In this document: piece by piece, positions 62,901 to 64,000 of the stretch
Numbering within the stretch: position 1 is the first letter of the stretch
How the letters are laid out: each line of letters begins with the position of its first letter
Source of the DNA: Vitrella brassicaformis CCMP3155
Taxonomy: Eukaryota; Protista; Chromerida
Length of the DNA stretch: 64,000 nucleotides
Direction: 5' to 3'
NCBI GenBank assembly: GCA_001179505.1
Contig: CDMY01000415.1
Location: forward strand, 18,734-82,733
Made by a program: the position numbers and the translations under genes
The notes under the pieces: generated by a model
What the model was told of the DNA's origin: nothing
The model's database searches: none
What the model saw: the letters and a program-made list of their open reading frames with translations, nothing else

Positions 62901-63613
62901 CTCTGCTCTGCTGATGGACTGGCATATCTACCATACCTACCTACCATTTGGAAGTACTTGATGGCGTCTTTGATGCCGTCAGTGGATGACCTGTCAGCTG
63001 ATCTGGCCATCATGCTGTAGATGGACCCCATGTTGTACACCACACACGCCTTCTCGAACTGCCAACTCATCAACACACCCTTCGTCTGACATACATATCG
63101 ACACACAACACAACCACAGAACAGACGTGTGCTATGTCATGTCCAGTGCTTGTGTGTGTGTGTGTGTGTGTGTGTTTGGCTCATTGGTTACCTACCTTTG
63201 GCCTGAACGAGTCCGACCATGCTAACTTGAGTGGCACCCCGGCCTTGGTCTCGTTGAGGGGGAAGCGCTTCTCCATGGTGCAGCAGGCCGCCAGGTGCTT
63301 CCGCAGGATCATGCGGGAGTTCTCGAAACCCCCCCGGCCCTGTATGGCCATGAGTTCGTTCCGTGTGGTGTTGAAGGACTCGATGAAGGGCTTGATCTTC
63401 TGCGTCTGGTCACGCCCGAAGTTGGTGCTGCAACACACACACACACAACCATACACCACATCAAGACCAGCAACAGGACATCGGTAGCCGAATGACTTCA
63501 TGTGTGGTGGTTTCTGTGTGTCGGCATCTGTGTTGTGTTGCTGACTTGAGGTATGATTCCATGGGCCGCCAGAGGTCCACCTTGTCCGTCGATTTCATCT
63601 CCACTGCCAACAT
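59942..63613 (-). CDS. ALIX: ALIX/BRO1-family protein (Bro1 domain plus V domain)
   Basis: MLAVEMKSTDKVDLWRPMESYLK, LAWSDSF, FEKACVVYNMGSIYS, IKDAIKYFQMAAGVF, AQSCFYEKA, KLACQVAQFY, EKNNNIIYLE, a helical V domain and GFFTRL. No proline-rich tail was seen before the TGA at 59942. Confidence 0.92.
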
Positions 63614-64000
63614 CTTGCTCACGCCTCACTGCCAAAAAGTTGTTGCTCTCACTGCCGGCGTCGTCTGTCTGGTCGTCTGTTTCTTGGCAGATCTCGACTG
63701 ATCTTCACGCCAATCTGTCAGGATTGCCAGCTTGGCAAGACGAACCACGGCGAGCTTGTGAGCTAGGGTAGATTGCTGTGTAACGGAGAGAGAGAGGTGA
63801 AGACAAGGAAAGACAAGGAAAGCATTCTGAGGAGACACGATCTTATCAGCCATCACCGAAGTGAGATCTGTGTTGACCACCCTTCATGATGCCATACATG
63901 GACAGAAACAACTTTGACTGACTGGCCAGTCCATCGGTCTTATTAAAGTAAAAGCACTCTTACTCTGGGACTTACCGCCCAGCAGATCCTCTATTCAGCT

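Overview
Eukaryotic, intron-dense, GC-rich DNA with microsatellite-filled introns of about 50-150 nt and three 300-N gaps. The gene style suggests a chromerid alveolate such as Vitrella brassicaformis (inference, no search run). Apparently intact genes: the 3' end of a sideroflexin, a PD-(D/E)XK nuclease-like gene, proteasome RPT3, a probably plastid-targeted protein with a duplicated unknown domain, a head-to-head pair of ABCC/MRP transporters, a COG3044/MRB1590-like ABC-ATPase with an RGG box and signal-like leader, VPS18, VPS25, an LPA1/2-phosphoglycerate-kinase-like NTPase and ALIX/BRO1. Two decayed mosaic blocks sit between them. The 1.2-10.2 kb block holds a truncated, multiply lesioned CPSF1 that abuts the intact nuclease gene. 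The 35-42 kb block holds coiled-coil paralogues, kinase fragments and a copied VPS18 exon. Exon structures were assembled by eye from splice sites and reading phase.
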